This document shows positions 43,253 through 54,206 of a stretch of DNA of 64,000 bases, piece by piece. The position numbers were made by a program, and so were the translations under genes. The notes beneath the pieces are model-generated. The model did not search any database. It had not been told where the DNA came from and saw only the letters and a list, made by a program, of their open reading frames with translations. Numbering within the stretch: the first letter of the stretch is position 1; every line of letters starts with the position of its first letter. The DNA is from an uncultured Nitrososphaerota archaeon (lineage in GTDB: Archaea > Thermoproteota > Nitrososphaeria > Nitrososphaerales > Gagatemarchaeaceae): contig CAVRAG010000008.1 of assembly GCA_963718895.1 (NCBI GenBank), forward strand, positions 1-64,000. Reading direction: 5' to 3'.

Positions 43253-44290
43253 ATGAAGAAAACTTTGATAGCGCCTTCCAAGAGCAGCGGTGGTAAGCTC
43301 TCTTCCCAAAAACTTGCTATCGCGCTTGGTGCCACGGTGATCTCCGCCGAGTTGCCACTCCGTCGAATCAAATCGGAGGTCGTCAAGAACAGATTTGATG
43401 TAGTAGACATACAGCTTGAATATCGTACATTCGGTTCGCATTTGCGAACATTGACGAATCTGCCGGCATTGGTCTTTCTTCTCAACGGGGTGGCCGAGGT
43501 GTTTGTGACTGTCCATGGTGTGCTTACCTATGAGTCATTGCGCGGTCAGAGACTCCGAGGCTTGAAATGGTTCGCATTTCTGACATCCCTCAGGCTCGCG
43601 GGCCTCTTCGGCTGTCACATGGTGGTTCACACTGACGAAATGCGGCGCGAGTTAATCAGATACGGCCTCAGAGATGCGGTCGTAATTCCCCATGGCAGCG
43701 GGCCCTTGTCCTATCGACCACAGGATACACGCGTAGGAACGTCCTCTTCTTCGGCTTTGTTCGGCCTAGAAAGGGGATCGAGAACCTCATTTCAGCATTC
43801 GGGCAAGTTATCCAAACTTATCCTAAATCGCAGTTGGTGATAGCGGGAGGGGTGAGTGATTCGAGAGAGACACCCTATCTCCACCAACTGATAGAACTAG
43901 TGGAGCAGCTTAAAGTTCAGACGAACGTGAAATTTAGAGCTAGTTTCTCGGCGAGTCCGACATGAACTCTCTTGCTGCCGAGTCAGGGATATTGGTCCTA
44001 CCGTATCTGGACCGCTATGTAGAAGTGAGCGGCGTCGTCCATGACTTCGCGGTTATGGAATGGCGGTGCTTTGCAGCGACACTCCCAGATTTGCAGAGCT
44101 TCGTGACGGATCGACTGTTTAAAGGTAAAGCCGACACCTTCTCATCTTGGAGACTCTTTATGTAAGATGCTCGGGGATTTAGAGCTGAGAGAGAGACTTG
44201 TAGGAACTTATCCAGGTTGAAAAAATTGAACCTTTGAAGTCCGTGGCAGAGATGCGTCAAGTGATCTACGGTCAACACGAGAAATTTCGC
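43253..44290 (+). CDS. GT4 glycosyltransferase; frameshifted
   Basis: VTVHG, VIPHG, FFGFVRPRKGIE (alternate frame), LVLPY...SGVVH. Confidence 0.7.
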
Positions 44291-44599
44291 TTGAGATCGA
44301 GGAGTTGACTTTCTACTACCAATCGGCATCTCGCTTTCTTGTCTCTCTCAGTCGTAGGGACATTAGAGACCATGGGAATGAAATTGATGAGAGCAGTCTT
44401 GCTTCAGAGAAATCGAATAGACCTCGAAACACGAGCTACAATTCGAGTTGCCTGAAGGAGTTCTAGCATTGCAACTTTCGATCAGTTCGGGGGTCCACGA
44501 TCGGCTCAATTTGATAGCAGCAATCCTCTTCACCTCCTATGACTAGCTTGTGGCGGGACCAAGGATTCGGACTGAACACAAAAACAAGCATCGACCGAA

Positions 44600-45396
44600 G
44601 CCCAGCTGGGATGCGATCTGGTTCGGTTTTCGCCATCCTCGTTATGCGTTATCGCTTTCTCTCGGCCTTATTGATTATGAAGATGTGCTAAGACGCCAGT
44701 AACCAAGGACCTCGCTGTCTTGCAAAGTCGGTATGCCTCAGTCCAAAGGGGTGGAATTCCCTTGTCAACGCTTACACAAGAAGAAATCCAGAGGAGGCTC
44801 ACCCTGCTTAGTCCATCCAAGAAAGAAACGCTTAGGGCTCATTCTGCGAATGGTATACCTTCCTCTATGCAGCAACTAGATGGTTGCGACCTGAAGTCGT
44901 CATAGTAACCGGAGTTCTATACGGACTATCGAGCGCAGCAGTACTTCAAGCCATGGAAGACAACGCTTGTGGGAAGCTCATTTCTGTTGACCTGCCAGTC
45001 TCAATGCACAAAATCAACATCGTGAACGGGCAGTCTATTCAGACAGGCTTCGCATCAGGAGGCCGTACAATAGGTTCGGCTATACCTCAGTCACTTAGGA
45101 GCCGGTGGGAGTTGCGGCTCGGCAACTCTTTAGAAGTGCTGCCGGATGTAATTTCGGGCCTGCCGACCTTGTCCATGTTCATTCACGATAGTCTTCACAC
45201 GCGGGACCACATGCTCGCGGAATACAGACTTGGGTACGAGAGGCTTCAGGCAGGAGGTCTCCTCGTATCCGATGACATATCTTACAATGCGGCTTGGAAA
45301 GAATTTTGCACGCTAAAGCAGGAACGGGGTGTCGAACTAACGAAAGGCATAAAGGGCAACAAATTCGGTTTCTTAGTTAAGTCAAACACGCAATAG
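44600..45396 (+). CDS. Class I SAM-dependent methyltransferase (Methyltransf_24-like); 5' part frameshifted, start uncertain
   Basis: RPEVVIVTGVLYGLSS, LISVDLP, FIHDSLHT, GGLLVSDD. Confidence 0.75.
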
Positions 45397-45771
45397 CCGA
45401 AAACCTAAGGATATACAACTGAGCCGGGGGAAGGATAACCAGGTAAAAGACCAGCACACCAGCAGCTACAACTGCAATGACCAAGGCAATCAGTCCTGCA
45501 TTCCCTGCGGCTATCGAAACGAAACGCTCCGGCATTAGCGTCAACTTTTGCATTGCCGAACTAAATGATAATGCCATTGTCGTCCCGGTAATTGTAACGC
45601 CGGGCAGGTTCTATTAATGCTTTCGGAGATGAATCGAAAGTACTCCTTCGGAACGAGTGGAGAGTCAGATATGCGAGTAGTCTCGCGGAATTCACGTTCG
45701 ACTCTGAAGTGTGTGCTTGGACACTTGAAATACTGGCATTCAGGGGGTCTAGAACAGAAGACAAGGGAACC

Positions 45772-46889
45772 TTGGCAGTCCCAAGCGAGCCAAAGCGGAC
45801 GCCGCGAAGCCCGTCGCATACCGCTGGCTAGCGGGCCTGCTTCCCGCGCTCCTGAGCGGGCTCGTCCTCGCTGCGATTCTCCTGATCATGCGGCGCCCGG
45901 GGTTCATCACGAACAGCTCTGCGTTCAACGCCGGCGGCTACCTCCAAGATTATTCTGCCCAAGGATACTATCAGTTCCTCATATCGTTGCTCGGCATCGT
46001 CTCAGGAGCCTCGTTCGCGGCCTTTCTGCTCGGCATCCGGTCCGTCTGGTATCCCTACACCGTGGTCCGGGCCAGGAAGGTGGCGTTCGCGCTCGTCAAC
46101 TGGCTCGCGGCGGTCACCATCGTGTGCTTCATCCTGTCGCTGTTCCTGGTGGTCCTCCCTGTGAGCGAGGTCGTGGCGTTCGGCGTCCTGACGGCCCTCA
46201 GCGTGTCCTTCGCCTTGCTCGGGCACCGGAGCCACTGGGCGAGCGGGCTTCCCGAAGAGCTGGTCCTGGCGATGGAGTCGGACACGCCGCTCTATGAGCT
46301 TCAGTCTATCGACCTCGACACCAGCCAGATCGTCTCCATCACGGAGGCCGACGTGCACGTCGCTCCGCCCTCACCTCAGGCCGCGGCTGCAACAGCCCCG
46401 TCGAGATTCGGCCTCTCCCGTGCCTCTGTCGAGGACGTCGCGCTCGCGGCCATCCCGGCGTTCTTCGGGTTGATGGGCCTGGCGCAGCTCAGGGAGGGCA
46501 GGTGGTCGAAAGGAGGTTCGTTCCTGGCCATCGGGATGATGCTCGGCGCCCTTTCCTCCTGGTATCTCATCCTGCCCACGAGGATTGGGGAGTTCTTCTC
46601 CAAGCAATCGATGCCGGCCGTGACCTCTCTGAGCTGGGTACCCTCGGCTGTCGGAAGCGGCGCGGTTGACACTTGGGTGGTCGGCGGCCTCCTCGGCGCG
46701 TTCTTCATTCTCTGGCTGTTCCAGCTCTCGGACACGATGAGGTACATTAGCCGGCCAACGGTGACTCGACCCGCGTCATCCGCGTTCTCCAAGCTGAAAG
46801 CAGCGCTCATCTCCGACAAGGAGGAGTTGGACCTCATCGCTCGCTCTCCCGGCAGACTGGTCTCTCGGCCTTCCGCCTTCTCTGCATGA
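45772..46889 (+). CDS. Hypothetical membrane protein; C-terminal half paralogous to 38107-39000
   Basis: AIPAFFGLMGLAQLRE...SSWYLILP...LWLFQLSD. Confidence 0.65.
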
Positions 46890-46968
46890 CAAAGGGCCAC
46901 ACCTGCCCCGTCTGTATTCCTTGACTGTAAATACCCTCGGACCCTTGCGACCTGCTAGGCGCTGCGCT

Positions 46969-47181
46969 TTGACCAGTCAGATCGAGGAGCGACACAGGCA
47001 GATCCTGACGGCGATCTTCACCGTCAGCCAGCCGCCAGGGCTTGTCGAGAGCAGGCTCCAAACCCTCAAGGGGCTGGTGGACGCTCGCGTGAACTCGGTC
47101 GAAGAGACGGTCTGGGTCGAGTTCGACCCTTCGGTCATCTCCGAGGCCGAAATCAAGCTTGCCTGCTCGCAGGCACGGTAG
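46969..47181 (+). CDS. HMA-like small protein lacking CxxC
   Basis: VESRLQTLKGLVDARVNSVEETVWVEFDPSVIS matches the HMA pattern. Confidence 0.55.
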   Translation: MTSQIEERHRQILTAIFTVSQPPGLVESRLQTLKGLVDARVNSVEETVWVEFDPSVISEAEIKLACSQAR

Positions 47182-47295
47182 CGCCTCCCCACACCCAACC
47201 CGGCCGATGGACGTCTTGCAGGTCGACCAACTCTCTCGGGAGCCCTCTGCGGACGGCGGAAAGCGATTGGTCTTACAAGTAAGACGCATGGGACT

Positions 47296-47832
47296 TCAGA
47301 GCAGCGTCAGCCCAATGGCCTGGTCGCTGATTTCCGCCACGACTTTCTGGCCCGCGTCCTGGAACGCCGAGACGAAGAAGCTCGAGAGATAGAGGGACCA
47401 CTTCCTCCCGAACGGATGCGTGAGCGTGATCGACTTTGGCGAGTTTGAAGATTCGCTGTAGTCGTACAGCGACGTGACGGACGCGTTCTCGCGGATGAAC
47501 GTCAGCACGTTGGGGACGGACTCGTGGCCCCACTTGCCGAGCGCGTACGCCTTGGGGACGCTGTGGCCGGAGGCCGCCCCGGCTGCGATGATGTCCTCGT
47601 CGCTCGTGGCTGCGAGTATCCTCTCGAACGCGCTTATGCTGAGGGAGATCGTCCCGAGCCTCTTTCGGTGTCTTCCCACATCGATGTAATCCGCGAGAAG
47701 CTGGTTCACGAGCGTGTTGACGCTGACCTTCTTCCGCGCCGCTTCTTCTTCGAGCCCCAGGAGGACGGCAGAATCTATTCTGAAGGAACGGTTCTCGGTC
47801 TTTCTCTTCTGAGGAGTGAAGTTCTCCTCCAT
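47296..47832 (-). CDS. Ribbon-helix-helix domain protein
   Basis: RSFRIDSAVLLGLEEEAARKKVSVNTLVNQLL; TATA TTTATATAA just upstream. Confidence 0.75.
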   Translation of the reverse strand: MEENFTPQKRKTENRSFRIDSAVLLGLEEEAARKKVSVNTLVNQLLADYIDVGRHRKRLGTISLSISAFERILAATSDEDIIAAGAASGHSVPKAYALGKWGHESVPNVLTFIRENASVTSLYDYSESSNSPKSITLTHPFGRKWSLYLSSFFVSAFQDAGQKVVAEISDQAIGLTLL

Positions 47833-47975
47833 AACTTTCTTCTCGCTTGCCCTCTTTATATAAGCATGTTTCGCGCAAAAGGGCGTTTTACGGCAATTCC
47901 GGGCCCGCGGAGCCCAATCCAGGCTCGGATGGTAAGCGGAAGCGATTACCCTCCCGCGCCCGACCGCGCCCCGCG

Positions 47976-48230
47976 TTAGACTATCTTCTTGGCCTCGAAG
48001 ATCTCGCAGTTCTCGAACGCGAGCTCCTTCTTTGAGAGAGTGTGGAACAGGAATCCCTTGTAGCTGGTCAGGTATTGCCACGTCTTGTTGAACCCGAGCC
48101 CTCCGGGGTTGTTTATCACGACCACGGGCCTGTCCATCTTCTCCACTATCTTCAGGAACTCAATGACGTCCACGGTGATCTTGGGCCCTAGGACCGCTTT
48201 GGCCTTTGCGTTCTGGTCTTCCCCTTCCAA
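47976..48230 (-). CDS. Hypothetical protein
   Basis: 84-aa ORF with host-like codon usage; TATA-like element upstream. Confidence 0.6.
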   Translation of the reverse strand: MEGEDQNAKAKAVLGPKITVDVIEFLKIVEKMDRPVVVINNPGGLGFNKTWQYLTSYKGFLFHTLSKKELAFENCEIFEAKKIV

Positions 48231-48303
48231 ATCGCCCTCCGCGCAAACCGGAATTCTCTATTAAGCTTTGACCGTCCGCGCTGCGCAAGGACCGCCTTCG
48301 CGC

Positions 48304-48729
48304 TCACGCCTTGATGATGTCGTTCCAGCCCTTGGCGAGCTGCCACGCCTGCTTGACGAACCCGCTCTGGGGCCCCCTCTCCGGTATCGACTGGAGCTTC
48401 AGCTGGTAGACGGCCTGGGTCTTCTTCCTCTTGTCGTTCCAGACGAGGACGTCCCTCTCGACGAACCCCATGTCGAGCAGCTTCCTCAGTAGCTTCACGT
48501 AGAAGTTGTGGTAGCTGTACTTCACCCCGAGCTTCCCGGCCTCGAGGTCCTTGGCGAAGAACCGCATCTCGCGCTTCGTCATCGAGAGGTTTGCGCCCGA
48601 TTTCATCCTGCCGATGAGCGTTTTCGCGGCGTCGATGGTCTCCTTCCTCTCGCCGAAGAGCACGGCGAGGACGTCACCGTTGTTTATCAGCTTCTCATTC
48701 CAGTACAACTTGATGCTCTTGGATGCCAA
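48304..48729 (-). CDS. Hypothetical protein, possible winged helix
   Basis: NFYVKLLRKLLDMGFVER; clean 141-aa ORF. Confidence 0.65.
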   Translation of the reverse strand: MASKSIKLYWNEKLINNGDVLAVLFGERKETIDAAKTLIGRMKSGANLSMTKREMRFFAKDLEAGKLGVKYSYHNFYVKLLRKLLDMGFVERDVLVWNDKRKKTQAVYQLKLQSIPERGPQSGFVKQAWQLAKGWNDIIKA

Positions 48730-48739
48730 GAGTCAGCCT

Positions 48740-49210
48740 TCACTCATCTGGCGTCGGAACTTTCCACTTGGAGAGGTCAACCACGCTTACGCCCAACTTC
48801 GCGGAGTGTTCTATCATGTACTTGTCGCTGGTGAGGATCGCTAGGTCGTGGCGCCTCGCGGTCGCGATATGAAATGAGTCGAAATAGCTCAGGCCCCTCC
48901 TCCCACCGTGACTAAGGTACAACGACATCGCTTCCTCTGCTATCTCGCCGCTCATCGGGTACGGCGTGTGAGGAATCGACTTCATGTCCGCGACAAAGTC
49001 CCTTGCGACGTCGATTGGTGCACCGTCAGCCCTGATGGCGGAGATGGCATCGTCGTACACCTCCGATGACGTTCTCAGCACCAACGCTCCCTTCCCGGAT
49101 TCCCCGATCACCGCGGCCGCTTGGGACTCGCACCGTCCTCCCCTCAGAAAGAAGAAGAACAGGTCCGTGTCGCCGACCAGGACGCGGGCGCGGTCGCTAT
49201 CTTCCGCCAT
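48740..49210 (-). CDS. vapC: VapC/PIN toxin
   Basis: LVGDTD, SYFDSFHIATA, ILTSD; overlaps the AbrB gene. Confidence 0.85.
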   Translation of the reverse strand: MAEDSDRARVLVGDTDLFFFFLRGGRCESQAAAVIGESGKGALVLRTSSEVYDDAISAIRADGAPIDVARDFVADMKSIPHTPYPMSGEIAEEAMSLYLSHGGRRGLSYFDSFHIATARRHDLAILTSDKYMIEHSAKLGVSVVDLSKWKVPTPDE

Positions 49211-49427
49211 TCGAGACCAGCTCCTCAGCCCTCTCTTCCAGCTCCTCCCACTCTGAGCGAATCAGGCCGCGATACTTCCCGCGGAGCTCGTCGACCCCAA
49301 CGAGAGGACGAAGCTCGACGACATCCCCTTTGGTTGTGACCTTGAAGCGTCTCGACTTGAACTTCCGTCTCAGCTCTATCGGGAGAAGTATTCTTCCTTT
49401 CTCATCGGCCTCGACGACGGCGTTCAA
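49197..49427 (-). CDS. AbrB/MazE-type antitoxin
   Basis: DEKGRILLPIELRRK; upstream inverted repeat TCCCAC-N10-GTGGGA at 49430-49451. Confidence 0.85.
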   Translation of the reverse strand: MNAVVEADEKGRILLPIELRRKFKSRRFKVTTKGDVVELRPLVGVDELRGKYRGLIRSEWEELEERAEELVSNGGR

Positions 49428-49488
49428 ATTCCCACCGGTGTACTAGTGGGAGGTCCTTAAGAACCCACCGCCGCTCATCGAGGGGGCC

Positions 49489-50910
49489 ATGATAATCTTG
49501 AGGAAAAATTCTCAACGTTTATCAACCCCGGTGCACTATGTACATTGCTTGGTTTATAGAGGCGTCCGGCGTCTCACCCTGTCCAGCCTCCTCGTCGTTT
49601 GTCTTGTGGTACTGGTGTTCGCGACCCTGCCTGTGGTCCGTGCCCAGTCGGTCGTGGCGACGATCCCGGTAGGGCCTGTGCCCATGGCCGTCGCCTACGA
49701 CCCGGGGAAGGGTGAGGTCTTCGTGGCGAATCAGGGTGTCTTTTCGAGCTTGCAGAATGGCAATGTCTCGGTGATAAACGACGCGACGAACGCGCTCGTG
49801 ACTACGGTCACCGTGGGATTGAACCCCGACGGCATCGCCTACGACTCTGGTAAGGGTGAGATCTTCGTGGCGAACCACGGCACGCTCGAGCGGCGGCTCT
49901 GTCTCGGTGATAAGCGACGCCACGAACACCGTAGTCGCGACCATCTACGTCGGACTCCATCCTTGGGGCGTCGCATACGACCCCGCCGAGGGAGAGGTCT
50001 TCGTCGCGAACTACGGCGTGGGCAGTCCCTCGGGTACGGTCTCAGTGATAAGCGACACCACCAATACTGTCGTCGCGTCGGTCACGGTGGGAGCGGGGCC
50101 GTTTGCACTCGCCTACGATCACGCCACCGGAGAGGTCTTCGCCACGAACCTCGTGGACAACACCGTCTCTGTGATAACGGACGGGTCAATCTCAGGGGAC
50201 ACCGCGAACGCGGTAGAGGTCACCATCCCCGTAGGGACGACTCCCGACGCCGTCACCTACGATTCGGGCAACGGAGACGTCTACGTGGCGAACGAGGGCA
50301 CCGGAACCGGCTCTGTCTCGGTCATAGATGGTCCCAGCGAGACGGTCGTCGCAACCGTGACCGTCGGAGCGTACCCGACCGGCATCGCCTACGACTCGGG
50401 CCAGGGGGAGGTCTTCGTGGCGAACGACGCCTCGCCCACGGGAACGCTCTCGGTGATAGATGACTCCAGCAACACGGTCACGGACACGGTCCCGCTTGGA
50501 GTCAATTGCTACGCTATCGCCTACGACTCGGCCAAGGGCGAGCTCTTCGTGACGAATCAGGTCGTACACGGCAACGCACTTGTAGTCTCCGACACTTCGA
50601 GCACAACGACCACTTCGACCACACTAGCTCCACGAGCACCAGTACTGCCACCTCGACCCTACCTCCTCCCGCGATCCCCGTTTGTCCCAGCACCTTCGGA
50701 GGCGTCCTCATGCCTTCGGGCGCCACGTTCACCGACTCTTACGGCAACACCTGGGTCGCCCCGAGCGGCAGCGATGGCGGAGGCGTCTGGAGCAGCTACT
50801 TCTTTGCAGGACCAGCGACCATCATCCCGCCCCCTATGCTCGCAGGCTGGGCCGGCGTCTACGGTACCTACGGCGCGCAGCAGGGCTGGATAATCACCTT
50901 CTTCTGCTAG
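49489..50910 (+). CDS. YVTN/YncE-type beta-propeller surface protein with a Gly/aromatic C-terminal domain; frameshifted
   Basis: Repeats of P.G(I/V)AYD...GEVFVAN...VSVI.D.TNTVVATI.VG; Thr linker; C-terminal domain in ORF 50506-50910. Confidence 0.85.
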
Positions 50911-51047
50911 GCGGCACCTGCGGTTCCGATGCCGGCACTCGGGGCTGGGTCGTAAGCTTCTACTGCGCCTAGGCTGCGCTCGGCGCTGCGAGTGTACTGA
51001 CGATTTAGGCACAACATTATTATCGGTCATGCCTTCGCACGAAATCC

Positions 51048-51452
51048 GTGTACATCAGGACGAAGGTGGTGAACGGGAACCGGTACGTCTACCTGGTGGA
51101 GGGTCGCAGAGACGCGGGCCGCGTAAGACAGAGGGTCGTCTGTTACATCGGACCGCTCACCAGGGCCGCGACGGGAATCCCTGAGTCCGTGAAGGGCGCT
51201 CTATCGCGGTCGGGCATCGATTGGGACGATGTGAACCGCCAGCTGGCCCTGATACCGCTCACCTTCGACGAGCTCTCCGAAGTGAGGCGTTCCAACTACG
51301 CCAGGTCTCTGGGCGCGAGGCGTACGGGTCGCCCCGCGCAGGGCTCCAGACCGCGTCCCGAGGGCGAGCTCGCCGCCCTCTCCGCTGTCGCCGCGGCAAG
51401 GTTCAGGGAGCTGTTCGAGACCGCGGGCGAAAGGGAGTACAGGATGAGATGA
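51048..51452 (+). CDS. Hypothetical protein with an IS1634-N-terminus-like beta-hairpin motif
   Basis: MYIRTKVVNGNRYVYLVEGRRDAGRVRQRVVCYIG; ATGA overlap with the next gene. Confidence 0.65.
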   Translation: MYIRTKVVNGNRYVYLVEGRRDAGRVRQRVVCYIGPLTRAATGIPESVKGALSRSGIDWDDVNRQLALIPLTFDELSEVRRSNYARSLGARRTGRPAQGSRPRPEGELAALSAVAAARFRELFETAGEREYRMR

Positions 51453-52037
51453 CCTCGAGCAAGGGCAGGTCGAAGACCAGCGCCGGGAAAGCGCCGCGTG
51501 ACCTTGCGGCCGAGCGCGTTCGTCTCGCGTCTGAAGAGGGAGCCCAACGATCTGAAGAGGAAGCTTCTCCTCCTCGGGTACCTCGGCGAGACACTCTCGA
51601 AGGAGGGGGTCTCCCTTTACCTTGTGGGAGGCCAGGCCGTCGAGGCGTACACCGCCGGACAGTTCACGACCGGTGACATCGACATCACGACAACCAAGAA
51701 GGCGGAGACCGAGAGGGCACTCGTGCGGCTGGGGTTCACGATGGAGGGGATGGTCTGGCTGAACGCCGCGCTCGGAGCGGCCGTGCACATCGTCGGCACG
51801 CATCCGACGCGAAGCGAGAGGACCCGCGCCATCGAGGTCGGGCCCTACAGGGTCAACATCGTGGGAGTCGAGGACCTCATCATCGACAGGCTGGAGGCGG
51901 CAAAGTTCTGGAAGAGCGAGCGGGATTCGGAGCAGGCGACGGTCCTCTACCAGGTCTTCAGGGGGGCGATCGACCTCGAGTACCTCAGAAAGAGGGCGGC
52001 GGAAGAGGGGGTCCAGGACATCCTTCCGGACGGCTGA
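51449..52037 (+). CDS. Nucleotidyltransferase-like protein (DUF6036-like)
   Basis: LVGGQAVEAYT...TGDIDI; EDLIIDRL; IDLEYLRKRA. Confidence 0.75.
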
Positions 52038-52100
52038 CGGATCCAGTACCCTGGCCTGCATCCGGGGCTGGATTGTTGCTCTCCACTCCGCCTCGAACGA

Positions 52101-52330
52101 TTAAGAGCGAGTCGTCCTCGGGGTGGTCAGGGTCCTCACGCGGCGGATGTCCTCTTCGATGCGGGCGAATTGCTTGTCATCGGTGAGCACCCCTGCGAAG
52201 GTCGAGAGCTGCGGTTTTCCGGATATCAGCCGGTCGATCACGTCGCTGAAACTCTCCCCTTTGGCCTTCGCTCAGGAGCTTTCTGTAGACATCCTCCCGA
52301 TGGCCAGATTCTTTACTGCCACACACAGAG
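52101..52330 (-). CDS. Orphan VapB-type antitoxin; frameshifted
   Basis: Reconstructed VKNLAI.EDVYRKL..KAKGESFSDVIDRLI...LSTFAGVL; no adjacent PIN gene. Confidence 0.65.
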
Positions 52331-52487
52331 ATGTATGCGTACCTGCATAAAAAAAGCCACCCACAAAACCGGTACACACCGATGATATTGATGCCGGAGA
52401 CACCATGCCTTCGCAGGCTCGAAACCGGGTTGCAGTGCCGATTTCCGGGCTCAACAACCGCCGCGGCGGACTCCATTCGTCCAAGGG

Positions 52488-52950
52488 TCAGCTCGGGAGA
52501 GGGAGAAGCTCGCAGATCTCCTTGAGGTTCCTCGTGTACCAGCGCAGGTTGTCCGCGGTCCTGCTGTTGAGGAAGGCCTCCTGGGTGATCGTCGAGGCGT
52601 ACTCCGAGACGAGGGTGTACTCGAAGACGGTCTTGACCTTCGTCCTCGGGCCCATCGCCCTCGAGGAAGACGAGCTGGTCGAAGGACTTGAAGAGCCCGC
52701 CGGGCGACTGCCTCGTGGCGAAGCAGACCTCGGGGTCGGCCCTGGTGACCTCCACGTAGACCTCTACCCTGACCTTACCCAGCCTCGCGAGGACCTCGAC
52801 CTTCGAGCCAAGCGCGAGCTTCCCCGGCGGTATGGCCTCGGAGGTGATGACATCAGGGTAGAGCTTCGGTAGGTAGGAGGGGTCGGTGAGGACGGCCCAG
52901 ACCGTGCTCGCGGGCGACTCGATCTCGATGATGTCTTCGACCCTCGTCAT
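52488..52950 (-). CDS. SRPBCC/START-family protein (3 of 3); frameshifted
   Basis: IEIESPASTVWAVLTDPSYLPKLYP...NLKEICEL. Confidence 0.8.
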
Positions 52951-53021
52951 GGTTGTTCACCCCCCGGCCCGGCTATTAAATGCGGGGGTTTACTACGGCG
53001 GCACTCGGGGCCGGACCCCTG

Positions 53022-53492
53022 CTACTTCTTCACGGGCTCGGGGTTGCGGAGCTCCGAGAGCTCCTTCAGGTTCTTCATGTACATCTCCTCGTTCAGGGAC
53101 GCGGCCTGGGTCAGCTGGAAGAGGTCGAAGCCCGGCCCGAAGTAGGCGACGGAGACCTTGAACTCGAATACCGCCTTCACAACGGTGCCCTCGGGGATCC
53201 CCTCGAGCTCTATGACCTCCGAGAAAGACTCGAACGCGCCGCCCCTCCGTCCCACGACCACGAACCTCTTGTTGGGGACCAGCTCGGCGACCCTCGTCCT
53301 AAACTCAATCAGCCGCTTGCCCACCCTCCCGCTGAGCGAGCGGGCCTGTCCGACCACTGCGCGGCCCGGCGGGTCGACCGTGATGTTGAGCAGGTCGGGG
53401 TATAGCTTGGGGATGAAGTTGGCATCGGTAAGGACGTCCCAGACGGCCTCGGGCCCGGCGTCCACGAGGAAGCTCGCCTGGACTCTGGCCAT
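53022..53492 (-). CDS. SRPBCC/START-family protein (2 of 3)
   Basis: VDAGPEAVWDVLTDANFIPKLYP...NLKELSE. Confidence 0.85.
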   Translation of the reverse strand: MARVQASFLVDAGPEAVWDVLTDANFIPKLYPDLLNITVDPPGRAVVGQARSLSGRVGKRLIEFRTRVAELVPNKRFVVVGRRGGAFESFSEVIELEGIPEGTVVKAVFEFKVSVAYFGPGFDLFQLTQAASLNEEMYMKNLKELSELRNPEPVKK

Positions 53493-53555
53493 GGGCTTGG
53501 CGGAGCGTCGCCCCTTATTAAGCCGACGGGAGGTCGGTCCCATCGCTTCGCTGGG

Positions 53556-54026
53556 TCAGCGCTTTCTCGCGGGCATGGGGCGCAGCTCAGAAATCTCCTT
53601 CAGCGTGTTGGAGTAAGACTCCAGGTTGTCCCTGACGAGGTTCTGGACGAGGGCCAGGCTGAGCGCCTTCCCGATGTAGCCGCGGGACAGCTCGTATTCG
53701 AAGACCGTCCTCGCCTCCGTCCCGCCCGCCCTGGCCGCGAGGGTCGTGCGCTGCTTGAACGACTCGAAGAGCCCTCCGGGACGGTGGACCACCGTCAGCC
53801 TCGCCTTCGGCGACATCTCGGAGACCTCGAGCAAGATCTCGACCTTCCTCCGGCCGGCCTTGCCCGTGAGGTGGTACCTCTGCCCGACGAACGAGCGCCC
53901 GGGCGGGTCGATCCTGACCAGGATGGCGTCCCTGAAGAGCTTGACTATGTACGACATGTCCGTCAGCACGTCCCAGACGGCATCCACCGAGGCCTCGATC
54001 TGGACCACTCTCTGGATCTTCGCCAT
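53556..54026 (-). CDS. SRPBCC/START-family protein (1 of 3)
   Basis: IEASVDAVWDVLTD...TLKEISE. Confidence 0.85.
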   Translation of the reverse strand: MAKIQRVVQIEASVDAVWDVLTDMSYIVKLFRDAILVRIDPPGRSFVGQRYHLTGKAGRRKVEILLEVSEMSPKARLTVVHRPGGLFESFKQRTTLAARAGGTEARTVFEYELSRGYIGKALSLALVQNLVRDNLESYSNTLKEISELRPMPARKR

Positions 54027-54075
54027 GCTCGCTTCAACCGATCCGGCGCTATATATAGCTCGGGCGAACTCCGCG

Positions 54076-54102
54076 ATGAATCGAGCTTGATATCAAGCTG
54101 GA
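54076..54102. repeat. Intergenic palindromic site, copy 1
   Basis: ATGAATCGAGCTTGATATCAAGCTGGA; perfect 16-bp core at 54084-54099. Confidence 0.85.
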
Positions 54103-54206
54103 GGCCGAGTCAGAGGCGACCACCGATTCGCCAGGCCTACAGGCGCGAATGCCCTGAGCAACGTGACGTCCTTGAAATCGAAGCGAGGGGGCCTTGACGC
54201 GGCCCG

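Noticed and set aside
45377-45535. Small minus-strand membrane peptide
   Set aside because: Hydrophobic but short, overlaps the methyltransferase stop and has no recognisable family; not enough support.
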